A stretch of 64,000 nucleotides of DNA from Dicyema japonicum (lineage: Eukaryota; Animalia; Dicyemida), in assembly GCA_011109175.1 (NCBI GenBank), contig RDEW01000035.1, positions 1 to 64,000 of the forward strand. Direction: 5' to 3'. Positions 22,801 to 35,833 of this stretch are shown here, piece after piece; position 1 is the stretch's first letter; each line of letters begins with the position of its first letter. The position numbers and the translations under genes were made by a program. The notes under the pieces were generated by a model that was not told where the DNA came from, did not search any database, and was given only the letters and a program-made list of their open reading frames with translations.

Positions 22801-25800
22801 TCTTAAGGAATGCATTTGCCGAAGAGTTGAAGATTCGGCTTCAGTTCATTAGCAAGTTTTACTATGAGGAAAAAGTGCAGGTATTTTTAGATAATATTAA
22901 GGCGTGTCGGATCTATTAAAGACTACATGGGCGATTTCATCCTCCAGTAAAGCTTCCTGTGAAGTACTACTTGAATGGATTACTACAGAGATTAGCATAT
23001 ATAAAAAGGAGTCACTCTTTGATGATGACATAATCAATCTCTTTCGCAATGGGGTACTAGTTATTCTAATCAAGCTTCGAAATTTTGGAACTGATAAATT
23101 ATCTATGGCAAATTTTTCTTTTTACTGTCTATTTTGTAAGGCTGTATTGGATAGGCCTGAAAATGCCAATGAAGTAGGGTGATGGCTAATCCATAGCTGT
23201 TAATAGAGGTTGATGTGTTATGGGACATTGTTATGACAACAGAGAACAATGAGATTCTGGAAAAGGCTATTGAAATTATCAGTGATATTCATCTGAGCTG
23301 TATGATTACGTAATTATTCTTTCAGATGGACGAGGAACTTTGGAATGGGAAACTCGTTTCATCGACAAAATAACAGATGGGTTAAAAAGTGAGAAGAAAC
23401 TACTCGAATCGGTATCTTTTTTATATATAAAATACCTTAGATTGGCTTGAACTGTCTATGTGAGACCAAAATTGGACCTTTCATCCGCATAGAACGGCTG
23501 TGTAATATGCTAGATGTGCATTTACGGATGTTTAAAAAGCGATATTCCTATCATCTGAGATTGAACAGTTTTACTAGAGGTGTTGACTACAATAGCCATC
23601 GTCCTGAGCCTAAAGGATATCTGTTGAGGCTTTTATTGCAATACAAGCATCATTCAGAAAAGGTTGACCGATTTTGAATAATCAGGTTTCAATCTCAATC
23701 AAGTCAAGTAATACGGTTGCCCAACTGAGGGCATTCATTATTAATGAGTGTGGGCGTTATGTTGAAAGCGCGTCTTTTATGCTATCATGTATAGTGGGAG
23801 ATTTACTGTAATAGCTACACTCATGAAAACTGTGAAGGAAATTCTGGCTGAACGGGTGGTCGAGTTGTCCACGCTAGGACATGTTCTGGAGTTCTCTGAT
23901 GATGAAAAGCCGCTCAGTCACTTTCAGATGTGTAATGGACAGGTTCTATTTGTGTCATATTAATAGACTGTAATAATATCCGGTCCATCAGGACCTGTTG
24001 AACCCATAACTGGGCCAATGGATTCTGTCCCGTCTTCATTGTTGCCTTCATTTGAGCGAGAGAATAACCCTTTGGATTTAGTGATTGCCAAAACGAGATT
24101 TGAACAGGTCATTAAACTTGTGGTCTTTCTGTCGAAACGCTCCAAGCTGGTATTTTACTACTCATAAGATAGTTTGAGTGCGAATGTCAGCATAAATGCA
24201 ACAAATTGGCCAAGAGTCTGTGGATGCTGTGCATGCTGTTTCCAACCGCTTCTTACTTTGAGAAAACTGCAAACCAATTGATCGAGTCCAGTTGCCATAG
24301 CGAAGAACAATGGCGGGAATTACTGGATGTTGAAGATATGCAGAAAATGATTTATTCATTGCAGGTAATTGGAATCGGTGACCAAACACGTGCGAATGTG
24401 TTTCGAAGGGGAGCTGTAAGAATGGGAAATTTCTCAGATATTTTATGCGGTGTACTCAGATCCGATAAACTAAATCCCCAGTCGGACGTATTTGACGAAG
24501 TTTACCGTTTTATTATTTCAGTGGTCAATTGAGTGTTTATTCTATTTACTTGAACTAATAGAAACGCTAATAACAGCAAACTTTCGAGAGGATATTCCCA
24601 TAGGACAGGAATTTGACCTGAATGTCGTCCTGGAGACACACAAAAACATTTCTGTATTATTTAATGGTTAATATAACTTAGGGGGGGTTTATTTATCGCC
24701 AACGACTATAGTGATGAATTTGTACAGAAAATGGCTGAAATTGTTCACTTTGTGCCTAAACGAAGGTAATTATGTTAAAGATGTTAAATTAGTTATGATT
24801 TGATTTCCCTAATCAAACCTGGAAATGGTAAGCCTGTTTTTAATGGTAGTCGTCTCATTAGCTTTTGGACTGATGATTATGGTTATGAAAAAAATGCGGG
24901 CATTTTGGGACGTCATAAAAAGCCCGCCAAAATTGGAGGAGTTTGTTGACAAGATTGTGCTGACTGTAAATTTATGTTATTAAATTAGAACTATGAAATT
25001 GTTGACTGGAGTTCCTATATTCTCTACGTTGTTGAAGATTCTCAAACAAACTGGATCCCTGCCTTACTCGAGAGCTTAACTAACATTATGAGTTTGATAT
25101 TATCGGAAGTCCCTGAGCAAGTTGAATTCCTCATAACAACTAGTATCACGACTTTGAATCAATTGAGACTACCTATTATGACAGGCAGTCTTGCCAGTGT
25201 GTGGCATATTTCTTTTTCTTTTACAAAGTCCTGACAGACTTTAAAGTATCATGTGTTTTTTACGAAAGGATTTGGTTGTTGGTTTTGACATGTCATTGTT
25301 AATGGAGAAAGTACTCCGAAATCTGTCTACTCTTGAATTCACAGCCACTGTATGTAGCACTGAGGATCCTCGAATGATTTACCTATTGGGTTTAGCCAAT
25401 GATGTCGTCCCGTTCCTGAGTGGCTTTCCCAGTTGTATTAGACCCTCGGTTTGAGAGGAAATTTAATTTGAAGGATGTTGCCTCCAAGCTGTTGTATTTG
25501 CTGCTGGAATTGCCTTCAAAGAAGTTTAGAGGAGTGCCGAAGTGTCTGGGGGAACTGAGCAGGAAGAAGGCATTTGCTTTGCTTGAGTGGCTGGTGAGTA
25601 CAGCCAATGAAGTGTTTGAGGATGTGGCTCAGTTTTTGATAGTATTTCAGAAAAATGAGCGTAATCTGTAATTCAACTGTTTTAGTGTATCGGTCAGCCG
25701 AATGGAATTGCACGGGGAATTCTGTACCATTGAAGAGTAGACCTGGCTATGTTGGAATCGATAATTTGGGGTCTACTTGTTACCTTGCGTCCACTCTACA

Positions 25801-28800
25801 GCAGTTGTATATGACTCCGGGCTTACGAAATGCAGTGTTTTCAGCTAATGTGCTTAGTGGTAATAAATACTTTCGACTGTTTGAAGAATTAAGGGAAATT
25901 TTTGTGTTTTTGGATGTAAGTCGGTGATTAAATGTTTAGGAGAGTGAGAGGAAGTCATGTAATATAAGGAAGTTTTGTTCGGTGTACATATTGGATGACC
26001 ATCCTATCAATGTGTATGACCCAAAGGATATGACTGAGATATTCAATGACCTTATTAGCAGAATGGAGGCAATGTCACCTACTATTGTATGTTATTTATA
26101 TTTTTGCTAAATATTTTATTTATTATATTTTAAATTATTATTTAGTAATTTAATATGTTTATTATAGAACAAATATGTAAAGAAAATATTTTATGGGGAA
26201 ATTTCAAACACGATAGTATCATTGGTATGACATGTTTTTTATTCCATAGGACTGTTCTCATGTGAGCACAAGACCTGAGGAGTTTGTCTCAATAGAATGT
26301 CAGGTGTCCAATGTGAATAATATCTATGTGCTATCTTACACTAATATTAGGAATCTTTGGATAAGTTCACTGAGAAAGAAATGCTGGAGGGTGGAAATAT
26401 GTACACGTGCGAACGATGTAATAATAAAGTACGGGCTGAGAAGCGGGCCTGTTTCAAACGTCTCCCAAACGTGTTATGCATAAATACTATGCGCTATACA
26501 TTCAATTTGACCACATTTACTCGAGAAAAGATAAACAGTCAGTTTTCATTCCAATGACGCTGGACATGTCATCTTATATGGAGTCTAAGCTAATCCCGAC
26601 CAATGTGGATCAGAATGAGGATACCGATTGCATGTATGAACTTACAGGAATAACTGTACATTCGGGAACTACAGAGACTGGGCATTATTACTCCTTCATT
26701 AAGGAATCTAACTCGGAAAAGTGGTTTTCCTTCAACGACGCAGAGGTGGGAGTTTTCAATCCTGATGATATCCCAGTTGAGTGCTTTGGGGGACTTGTGG
26801 CTATTTATCTGATTTTTAGATAGAATCTTCATGCAAAGATTTGCCGCCAAACTTGAGATATTCAATGAAAGTATTTTTTGGTGAGAATTTTAGATAAATA
26901 ATGCTTATATGTTATTCTATAAGAAGATGAGTTTCACAGCCAAAGAAGCTGAGATTTCTGAGCCCGAGAGCGAACGCTATGAAGATTTGGTGGAGGTTGG
27001 TTGGTCGTCTGATCGTAGGATACTTGGCTGGACAACCAAATCATCTTTAGAGGACGTTTTATGTTTGATAACAGCTATTTTAGGTATTTTGTGGGTATAT
27101 TTGAGATTCATTACTAAACTGTGTTTTGAAGTGCCCAATTTGGCTGACAAACACTTCCAATTGGCTCTTTTTTCAACATGCTTTATATTAGACGTACTGA
27201 CCAGTTCTGCTGAGAAGAAATTCACGAAGGAATTTATAAGAAAGTCTGAGGAATTGTTGATGGACCCTGATGTGGCGAAAGGAGTCTTTAAATTCATCGT
27301 GTCCGATGATTGGTGGATGGAGAAGCACTCAGTACACTGCGACAGCGGCTACATCAGACAGGTTTGCCTTCTTTTATATCCTTTGATGTTCACCGATTTC
27401 ATCTCATCCGTTATAACCAATTGTGTCTTCAATGAAGAAGACTTTTACGTTCAACAGTAACTTTAATGTCATTTCTAGAAATTCCATAAATCAGGAAAAT
27501 CCCTTTGTGGTGTTTGTGAAATGTTGTCATTAGCTACTACACTCTATGCAACCAAACTTGAATGAATTTTTGTCGCTTTTTTATATACTTGGAAAAAGGA
27601 GATATTTTTCTACATTATTTCTGCGGATGAATTTGATTCCAATACTTGTCAAATATTACCCAATCAACTACATTCCTTCTAAGCTTGAACCTGTATGCTA
27701 ATCTACTCTATATTTAAGGGGGACAACCCTGAGGAGTATTTTCAGAAGAATACCACCAACAAAACCAACATGGAATGCATTTTGTCATTGATTCTGGAAA
27801 TATTGGAGTCACAGTCAACTGTTGAATACTTTAGTAAACATACCTTGGAGAGTCTGGCTGGAAATGATGAGGTTTGTTCTGTTTTTACGACAGGGGAGCA
27901 TGTTTTGAGGATACAGGTTGACTTTGGGACGGATCTGGAAAAGAGCGCCAAAATTTATTCTTTTATTTTAAAGAATTTTCCCTCCATGTCAGAAATCATT
28001 AAGCAGGAGCTTTTGATTATGACAAAAAATCCTAGTGAGACGATAGCAAACGTGTTTACTTTTGTTGTCATTCTGTCGTCTAATTCTAATGCTGTCTTAT
28101 TTGGTAGCCTACATATCTTATTTGCAGTAAACCAGATTTCGTTGGTTGATTCCCTAATATTGACTAATTTACTTGACTGCCTTACTGAGTATCCTCATGA
28201 AGTGATGATGTGGATGAGAGACTTGGAGCATGAATGTCCCGAGTTGTCTGAATATGCTTTAAAAAATTGCGACTATATTATCATGCGTTGTCTTTTGAAT
28301 GAAAGCGTGCAAATTCGAACAAGTTTTACTTCTTGTGGGCATTTTAGTCGCTGCGGATTTTCTAGTTGAGTTGGTGGGTCTTCAAGACTTTATGATTGGC
28401 TACAGCAACGACAAGATTAGTTTTTACGACATCACGGAAAAACCGGTATTTTAACATTTAACCCTCAGATACCCACAGAAAGTATGGAGATTTTACACAC
28501 AATTTTAACCACATTACTTGAATGCTTGGTTTATTTGCAAGGTTGTTATCAGTCTAAGTCCTTAGAGTTATATTCTATTGAGGAAAATCGACTGTTTCTG
28601 TTCTTTAACCTGCTTTGCTACTTTTCTGTGTCTATAACTGAGAAATTGATGGTATTTTGTTTGAGACATTCTAGTTTACTCGTTATACTATAATATATTG
28701 CGATTTGCTAGTTCCACGCATTCTGGCTGGAAATCGTTGCCAAAATAAGATGGTTATGGTGTCATATTGGGAGCATGTGTGCAATGACTGTCCTCAGAAT

Positions 28801-30541
28801 GTGGAGGCGGCAGTTGCCTGCCAGTCATTAGGCAGAATTGACTGTTACCAGTAGTCTGACATTTTATTGTAGACTGGAATCTATTAATGACACTGTTGTG
28901 GATTATAACAGAGAATTCCTTCCTAAATATTTCAACCTTTTAGTGCTGTTTGCAGAACAGTCGACCCATGTGGCCGAATCCCTAACGCGGTCTTCTTCTA
29001 TGAGACAGCTTATTGAGAAAACAATACGAGCGGGATGTTTGTTCAGTAGTACTTTGGTCGTAATTTCCCGCCTTATTTCCGTTTTGGCGGGAAATTTGGT
29101 TAATTTCGAAGTGGAAAATTTCATCTTGTTCCTTATGAAGACTATCCTGCCTTTATTATCGCACTTTAATAACTGGGATATATTCCTCTTGTACTAATTT
29201 TTGAATATTATAGGATTGCGATTCTCTCTGGACAGACAGCTTTGATTATAGTCTTTTTTTTAATCGATCTGGATTGGAATCTATCATGGAGGTGATATTT
29301 CTCTATTTTAAGTTCAGATTCTCAGAAATGCAAGAAAAAACTTTTTCGCATTCTCCATCACACCTCAACTCTAACTCTTCTGGATTATCTACTGTGTTGT
29401 CATTTATACAAAACTTACTATTTACAGCCCTGGATGCGGACTTCTTCCACAGTATTATATATTGCCAATTTTAGGCGAAAAGGATCAACTCAGTGGTCTC
29501 CTGTTCTCCTCTGATGGATGTCTCGTTGATATGTGCTGTAACCTTCTCAATTCTTACACAACCAAAGAGATTAGAAGAAATGTCTTTGGTGAGCGAAGCA
29601 TTAATCGTAGATATTCTAATCCACGTGGTTGAGCTGTACGACACTGAGGGTGCTCAGAAGATCGCATTCAGGATGATGGGATTCCATGTGGATCATTTGG
29701 AATATATCGGTTTTGATATCTAGGCAATTTAGAGTACTCCGGTTTTGCTCCGTTTCACGGAAGTAAGCCCATGGAAAAGTTTGGAATGCTTTTCCGACAT
29801 TTTCTGGTACCAACGGAGTCCCCCGTTGAGAAGGCTAGGGATTTTTATTTCCCTTACTACGATTTTGTCGTCAATTTGCTGAGGAGGCATCCAACGGAGA
29901 CAACGGTATTGGATTTTGGTAATTTTGTGTTGAATAAAAGTAGCTCTTCTCGTTTCCGTGGAGAGCGTTGGGCTTCTTTATCCCACCTTTGCGGCTATCT
30001 GGGGTGATTTGGCGGTTAATCATGCTGGGGTTTGGTGTTTATATAATGGTAGACCGTACAAATCCACGAATATATGATCGCTGTGCTTGAACCAGAGAAC
30101 ATGTGCCTGCTTGATAACAAATTCATTCAGTTTATACAGAAATACCTGAATTTGGTGAGATTTGGGCTCATTCAGACGTTTACTGATTCCCTAGTGGGAC
30201 TACTACCTGATTATTTCGACAATTTGCTTGGACTGTTGAACAGTCTGGTAGTCTCTCTGCAAAATGATGACTGCAGCAATGTGATTATGAGGAGAATGGA
30301 GGCGGTAGATGGATGTGTTAGTGTAGGTTATGTTAGCAGTGGACGTGCTGTTTGATGTGATTGGAAGAAGGAATGCTTGGGATGTTTGTGTTGGAGAGAA
30401 TATATTGATGCAGTTGTGTGGATGTATGAAGGAGTGTTTAAGTGAGAGGATGTGTTATTTTTAGATTGTGAGGTTATTAGTGAAAGGATAAGATTATGCT
30501 TGCAGAAGAATTCTATGCTTATTGAGTCTTTTGTATTCTAA
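19878..30541 (+). CDS. USP34: Ubiquitin carboxyl-terminal hydrolase 34-like deubiquitinase, dozens of micro-introns
   Basis: Cys box GYVGIDNLGSTCYLASTLQQLYM. Also KDMTEIFNDLI, NMYTCERCNNKVRAEKRACFKRLP and NTMRYTFN..EKINSQFSF. His box YELTGITVHSGTTETGHYYSFI..WFSFNDAEV, then NAYMLFY. Start and end come from open micro-intron paths and are approximate. Confidence 0.88.
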
Positions 30542-30869
30542 TTACTCCCTTTTTGTATTTGTTATATTTGCTTTATTTTATTTGTTAATTTATTTTGAGC
30601 GGGAAATCTCTGAGGTTTATCTGACTTGGCGGTTCGTTTACTACATGTTAGTGAAGCAAGGTTAACAGGAATTCAATGACACTCTTGCTCTCTTTATTCT
30701 CAGTCACTGTTGCTCATGTTCTTGGCTAATGAATAAGATTGGATATTCCATGTTTACGGGTTCAAATTACATGCTTTAATAAGGATTATAAGTTGGTGGT
30801 TAATATAATTCTATGTATATTGCTGAAATACAGTGGTGTCAAACTCATTTTGCTTCGATGGCGCATTTA

Positions 30870-31000
30870 TAATTATTATTATTTAAGCCAAATAAACACC
30901 ATCTTATCCACTAACTGATATTCAGGTGATCCCGGCATCTCTCAATAATCGAGTCATCTTTTCTCGATGCTCCGACCGTGACCTCACACATTTTCTATAC
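30870..31000 (-). mobile_element. Short I-clade LINE 3' fragment
   Basis: Ends ..AGIT* (ggg atc acc tga), like the fragments at 15190-15860, 31978-32104 and 41660-41945. Confidence 0.55.
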
Positions 31001-31812
31001 TTTCTCATCAAGAGAAGATTAGTTCTGATATATTATTGTTTTTAAGAATATATTATTTATTATAATAGGGGCGATTTTTTGACTTTATAAATCTGAAATT
31101 CTCATCTAAAAATTGACTTTATTGAATTTAAAAATGCTAGTTGATATTCTAAAGTGAAGGATTGAAATCTTTATTTGGATACATTTTTTTGATACATCGA
31201 CTCAGCTTTCATGTAGTTCCGACTTTTATTAAAGCGGATAAATTTTAATCGTGAGTCTTGTTCTTAGCAATTTTTGTCAATTTCAAAAAGCTGTTCAGTA
31301 ATTTTAACAGTCGAATTTTAATGAAATATCTTTAAACAAGTGAGCGTTGTCTGGACAAATAATTTTTGCTGTTTTTACAAGGCACATTGGTTGACAATCG
31401 CAATATGATTTTCCATTAATTGCAAGCATTCTGCTGATTTCATAGCTTGCAGTAACTGATGCATTATTCGATTATGATTTTTTAATTAGTTTTTAACGCA
31501 GTTAAATTTTTGATTAGATTTATAATGCCATTTTAGGTTGTGTTCTTTCAGTATAGCCATAACAATAATTTTTCCATCAACCGTTGTGCAAAAATAGAGA
31601 AGTTCCCATTTATTTTTAAAAACTCTCTTTTCATCTTTCAAACACCGTTTCTTAGTTCCAGAAGAAGCACGAGACATTGACAAACAAGATTTAATTTATT
31701 TTTAATTTTCAATTAAATTAAACAAACAAGATTTAGAAATACTATTAAAAATTTTTAATTAAATGTAAAAAATAACTAAATGATTTTGTGTGTTTTATAG
31801 CCATGCGTCGCA

Positions 31813-31975
31813 AAAAAGACCCACACACAAGAAAAAAAATAAAAGTGAAGATCATTCCTTGTTTCTACTCTACGAGTAGTTAAAATTAACTGTTCTTTAC
31901 TTAAATAAAGTGTGCGCCTGCCTATGCGGTGCTAAAAATATCACGGCTCCGTGAAAAGGCTGTTATTATTATTAT
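31813..31975 (+). mobile_element. 5'-truncated SINE copy with (TTA)n tail and 15-bp TSD
   Basis: TSD tagccatgcgtcgca (31798-31812) and tagccatgtgtcgca (31976-31990). The body matches 42574-42700. Confidence 0.85.
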
Positions 31976-31977
31976 TA

Positions 31978-32104
31978 GCCATGTGTCGCACTCGGAGGAT
32001 ACCGAGAAAGGATGAAGCGGCTGCTTAAGGAGGCAGGGATCACCTGACGGTCCCCATACTCTTTTGTTTTGTCGTTGATTCTTGGTTTTAAGCAAATAAA
32101 ATAA
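31978..32104 (+). mobile_element. I-clade LINE 3' fragment
   Basis: CVALGGYRERMKRLLKEAGIT* followed by an A-rich tail. Candidate TSD atagccat at 31797-31804 and 32105-32112. Confidence 0.65.
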
Positions 32105-33179
32105 ATAGCCATTAAATCGGGCCGCACCTATGCTTGTCGAGGGCCGCATGTTTGATACCCTGTGATAATATATTTTAACTACATAGCATAATAAATTGCT
32201 CATATTTTATCATGCATTTCTTACGCGAACGATTCGTGGAGACCGTTGATCTCTCAGACAAATGCCGAGAAATCGTACCTATCCAAAAAGTGCGCATAAA
32301 GTGACGGATATGTTAAATTCTTTCTATTAAGAATAAGAAATACCTGGCACGGGATGCTAATGTGTAGATGGTTTTTTAACCCCACGATGACATCCTTTCA
32401 CCCAGGATTGCCTCAACGAGAGTAGAAAACTTTTAAAATACTACTATGAAGTACGTTTCGCTTTAAAATTTGTCGCATTCAAAATCCTGTGGATATAAGA
32501 CCAAAATCGCTTCCCTTTCTACGTGTTATCGGATTGTCAGTAGCAAAAAAAGCAGAGACAACCAGTTTCCACTTCTACAGAAACAGAGTCCATCCGAAAT
32601 CAGCATAAAAGGTTAAAAGACGTCCATAGTTGCAGTTGTGGAACGAACCAAACAGAAACTTCAACCAATTAGCCACGAAGCACCACATGGCACCACGCGG
32701 CTATAATTCAATCAGAGATATACTACATAATATGACTTTCTTGTAACTCTAATAAGAACAACAATTAACTAATTCATTAATTCTAAACAAAAAATTAATT
32801 CAAAGTGTATCATTATTAAATGGCTAACCAGATTTCTTTTAATTTTAATTGCATGGCTTTAGTGATTTTTTATGTCTTAATTTAAGGGTATATCAGATAT
32901 GAAAAAATTAGATCTTATGTGGAATTGACCCTGAGGGTATAAGTACTCAAAATAAACAGAGAGTACGTGAAAAGGACTCACATTTTTCGCTTAGAAACGA
33001 TAAGTTTAATTCTGATTTAATTTAGACTTTTCTTGCAAGAAAACACAGAAAAAATTGGTTATTCCTCTGGACTGTGAGTCCGAGATGAAAATCCATGCCA
33101 AATCCCTCCATCTGTTCTCACACGGAGGGATCAATGAAGTCGAATTTCTCTGCCGTCGGAACTATTTTATAGTAAAAAG

Positions 33180-34560
33180 TTATTATTATTGTCCCAGGAT
33201 CACTATGTTAAAAGAATAAAGAAAGTTCTTAATTAACTAAATGATCCTAGACAGATAACTTGGGACCTGGGTCCGCCGGGAACGGAGGTCCAGAATTGCC
33301 CTTCTAAAAGGGCAGGGCTTTGGCTCATATCTCCTGTTCGTATTGAGATATGAGATGAGTAGCTCATGCAGAGGATGATCTGGTATCCTTGCTTCTCTGA
33401 TGAGAATTCTTTGTTTTTGGATGAAAAGATCTTCTGTAGATATAGGGGAGAATGTTGGGCCGATAATAGTATTTGCAGCCTTTCGAATATTTGATGGTTG
33501 ATGTTCTTGAAGCAAACAAAGACCAAGCTTCACTTGCATAGAGCAACGCCGGCTGGAAAAATTGTTTGTAGATCTGAAGGCATCCAGCGTCACTTCTGAG
33601 ATTCTTTGAAACGACTTTTAATATCGTCATTTTGTTCAGTGTGGTCGTTACCCGGTTATCCACATGCTTTGCGAAAGAGAGTCCCTGGTCGAGTGTCACT
33701 CCAAGTTTATTTGGTGTTTAATTGATGGGAATTACTGTGTTATTGAGAGAAATATTAGGTTTCAATGAATAGTGCCTCTTCCACTTTGTAAATATGGTAG
33801 TATAGGATTTTGTAGGGGTAGCTTCAAGACGAAGTTTCTTGAGCCAAGAAGTTAAATTGTTAAGCATGTTCTGGGCCATCGTGGTAGGAGTTTGGTACTT
33901 TTTGTCTTTTGCACCGATAATGATATCGTCCCCGTATGATAGTAGAAGACAATTTTGTAGTGCGGTTTCGGAATGTCATTGATGTACAGGTTGAAAAGGG
34001 CTGGCGATAGTGATGATCCTTGAGGGACTCCATTTGGTAGGAGACGGGATTTTGACTTTATGTTATTGCAAATCACTTGTCCATGTCTCCCACTTAAGAA
34101 GTTGGCAATCCATAGTTTTATGTTTGGGTGGATGCATGTATCGTAAATTTTCTCAGTAAGGAGTTTTCTTAAGACTGTCTCGAAAACCTTTGTTATATCA
34201 ACAGAGACCAAGACTATTCGTTGGTGTGGTTTAGTGGAATTAAATTCCCCGCAATGAACTTGTACAGGGACGTTAGGTATGTTGCTGTGGAGTGTTTATC
34301 CCAGAATCATGTTGGAAATGAGATAGAAGGATGTAATCTTTGATATTTTCAAGAACTAATCTTTCGAGTATTCGGGAAAATGAACATAGGATCGAGATTG
34401 GTCTGTAGGAAGAGGGGTCATTTTCGGATTTTCCTGACTTCAAAATCGATTTGATGTATGATTTCTTCCAGACATCCGGAATAATGTTCATATTTATTGA
34501 TTTTGTGAATATGTAAGCAATTAAATCTAAAGCAAGTATAAGAGTTCCGTAATAAAGGTT
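33180..34560 (-). mobile_element. jockey-like LINE, RT and 3' end
   Basis: SYRPISILCSFSRILERLV, VDITKVFETV, NGVPQGSSLSPALFNLYINDIP and LGVTLD. TAA-repeat tail near 33180-33190. Confidence 0.85.
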
Positions 34561-34624
34561 ATTAATGAATGTGATGTTTGTAAGTTTTCGCTTCCTCTTA
34601 AAGATATCTTTTTCAAATAACTGC

Positions 34625-34710
34625 TTAGACTGTTGACGAGAACAATCATGTTTTTGCGTCTGCTCCAAATGAGCGTTTTCAAATTGATCTAATCGATTCA
34701 AACGGTATCG
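34625..34710 (+). mobile_element. Small Ginger/KRBA2-SCAND3-like integrase remnant
   Basis: NHVFASAPNERFQIDLID. A related zinc-finger piece (H..H...VIEAVVKDCSVC) lies at ~42360-42495. Confidence 0.4.
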
Positions 34711-34859
34711 CGGAATTTTTGGAAGAAATTCTTTACAAATGATCGAATGCGAAGAAGGTGCTACATTTAGACTTAATTATAGAACAAGAGTTAATGACGT
34801 TTCAACTATTTGTGGATCGGCTCATCAATTAATAGTGGTTTTTAATTTATAAATTACAA

Positions 34860-35500
34860 TTTTGTAGAATCCTTTGATTTTGAGATAACACCAATTGGAA
34901 AAGCAGTCGGCTGTGTGTTTGCGAAGGTCGGGGATTCTGCGAGTAATAAAAACAAAAAAATGGCACTTGGCCTACAATCGCAGGATTTCTTGCCTCTATA
35001 TAGCAATTGCCGACAAAGAAAGCATGGATATTAAGTCCCTCAAGGACACTCAGAGGAAATATTTGTTAAATAAAATTTATTGCATAACACTACACTCCAT
35101 TATGTTCAAATGTATGGATGAACCAAATGTCGACCTATCTACTTCCTCAGAATAATTATCCAAGGGAAAAAACGGCCCACGGAGCGAAGCATTGTACCGT
35201 CTTCTGCAAGATAGGAATTTGTTTTTCACACACATGGGGTCATTATGCAACCAAAAAACAAGAAAACTGTCGATTATTTGCCCACTCAGTGTGCTCATCG
35301 AACATAAACATGAGATGAAGGTATACGATGAAGAGTACGCCTCTGCTATCTCACAACTTGTGAAACTGGCATGCCGTGAGGATATCCCACTGGAATCTAA
35401 CAGGGATATTTTGACTGAATCTGATGTGGAGATGGGGAATAACAGGGAATTTATGGCACACTCTTTTTCTAAGAGAAGAGGGATTACCAGCAATCTAGAT
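34860..35500 (+). mobile_element. R4/Dong-like fragment, internally deleted
   Basis: TLHSIMFKCMDEPNVDLSTSS..GKNGPRSEALYRLLQDRNLFF parallels 6580-6720 and 60030-60190. Confidence 0.75.
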
Positions 35501-35833
35501 TAAAATCCGCTTAATTAGTTAATTTACTTGTTAGTTGTAATAAATTTAAAAATTCCCTTATATATAGTCTAAAATATAGATAAAATTTTGAAGAACACAA
35601 CTTTGAAAATTTTTTATAGGATATGAAAGTAATCATTTGCGAAAATTGAAAAAGCCACATAAAAACTCGAAGAGCCAGGGTTGCCAACCCATGACCAAGG
35701 GATCAAAATTTTCATAAACAAATAGGAAATTTAAACAATTTCCTATTTTGGCACCAATTTTTCTAACACTTATATAAACCATTAAATTGACAAAATTGGA
35801 AGTTATAGCTTTGAAAAAATTCAGTTTGTCAAA

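Larger units (their letters stand above)
30831..32162 (-). mobile_element. Internally deleted hAT (SPIN/Charlie, GTF2IRD2-like) DNA transposon containing nested retro-insertions
   Basis: Termini CAGTGGTGTCAAAC and GTTTGATACCCTG, with subterminal ggccgc motifs. Transposase N-terminus KKR..DEKRVFKNKWELLYF..LKEHNLKWHY and ASYEIS. Confidence 0.75.

Noticed and set aside
19878-30541. Many short ORFs read as an operon, or an alternative genetic code
   Set aside because: The stops examined fall inside short GT-AG introns, and the pieces join into one USP34 gene under the standard code.
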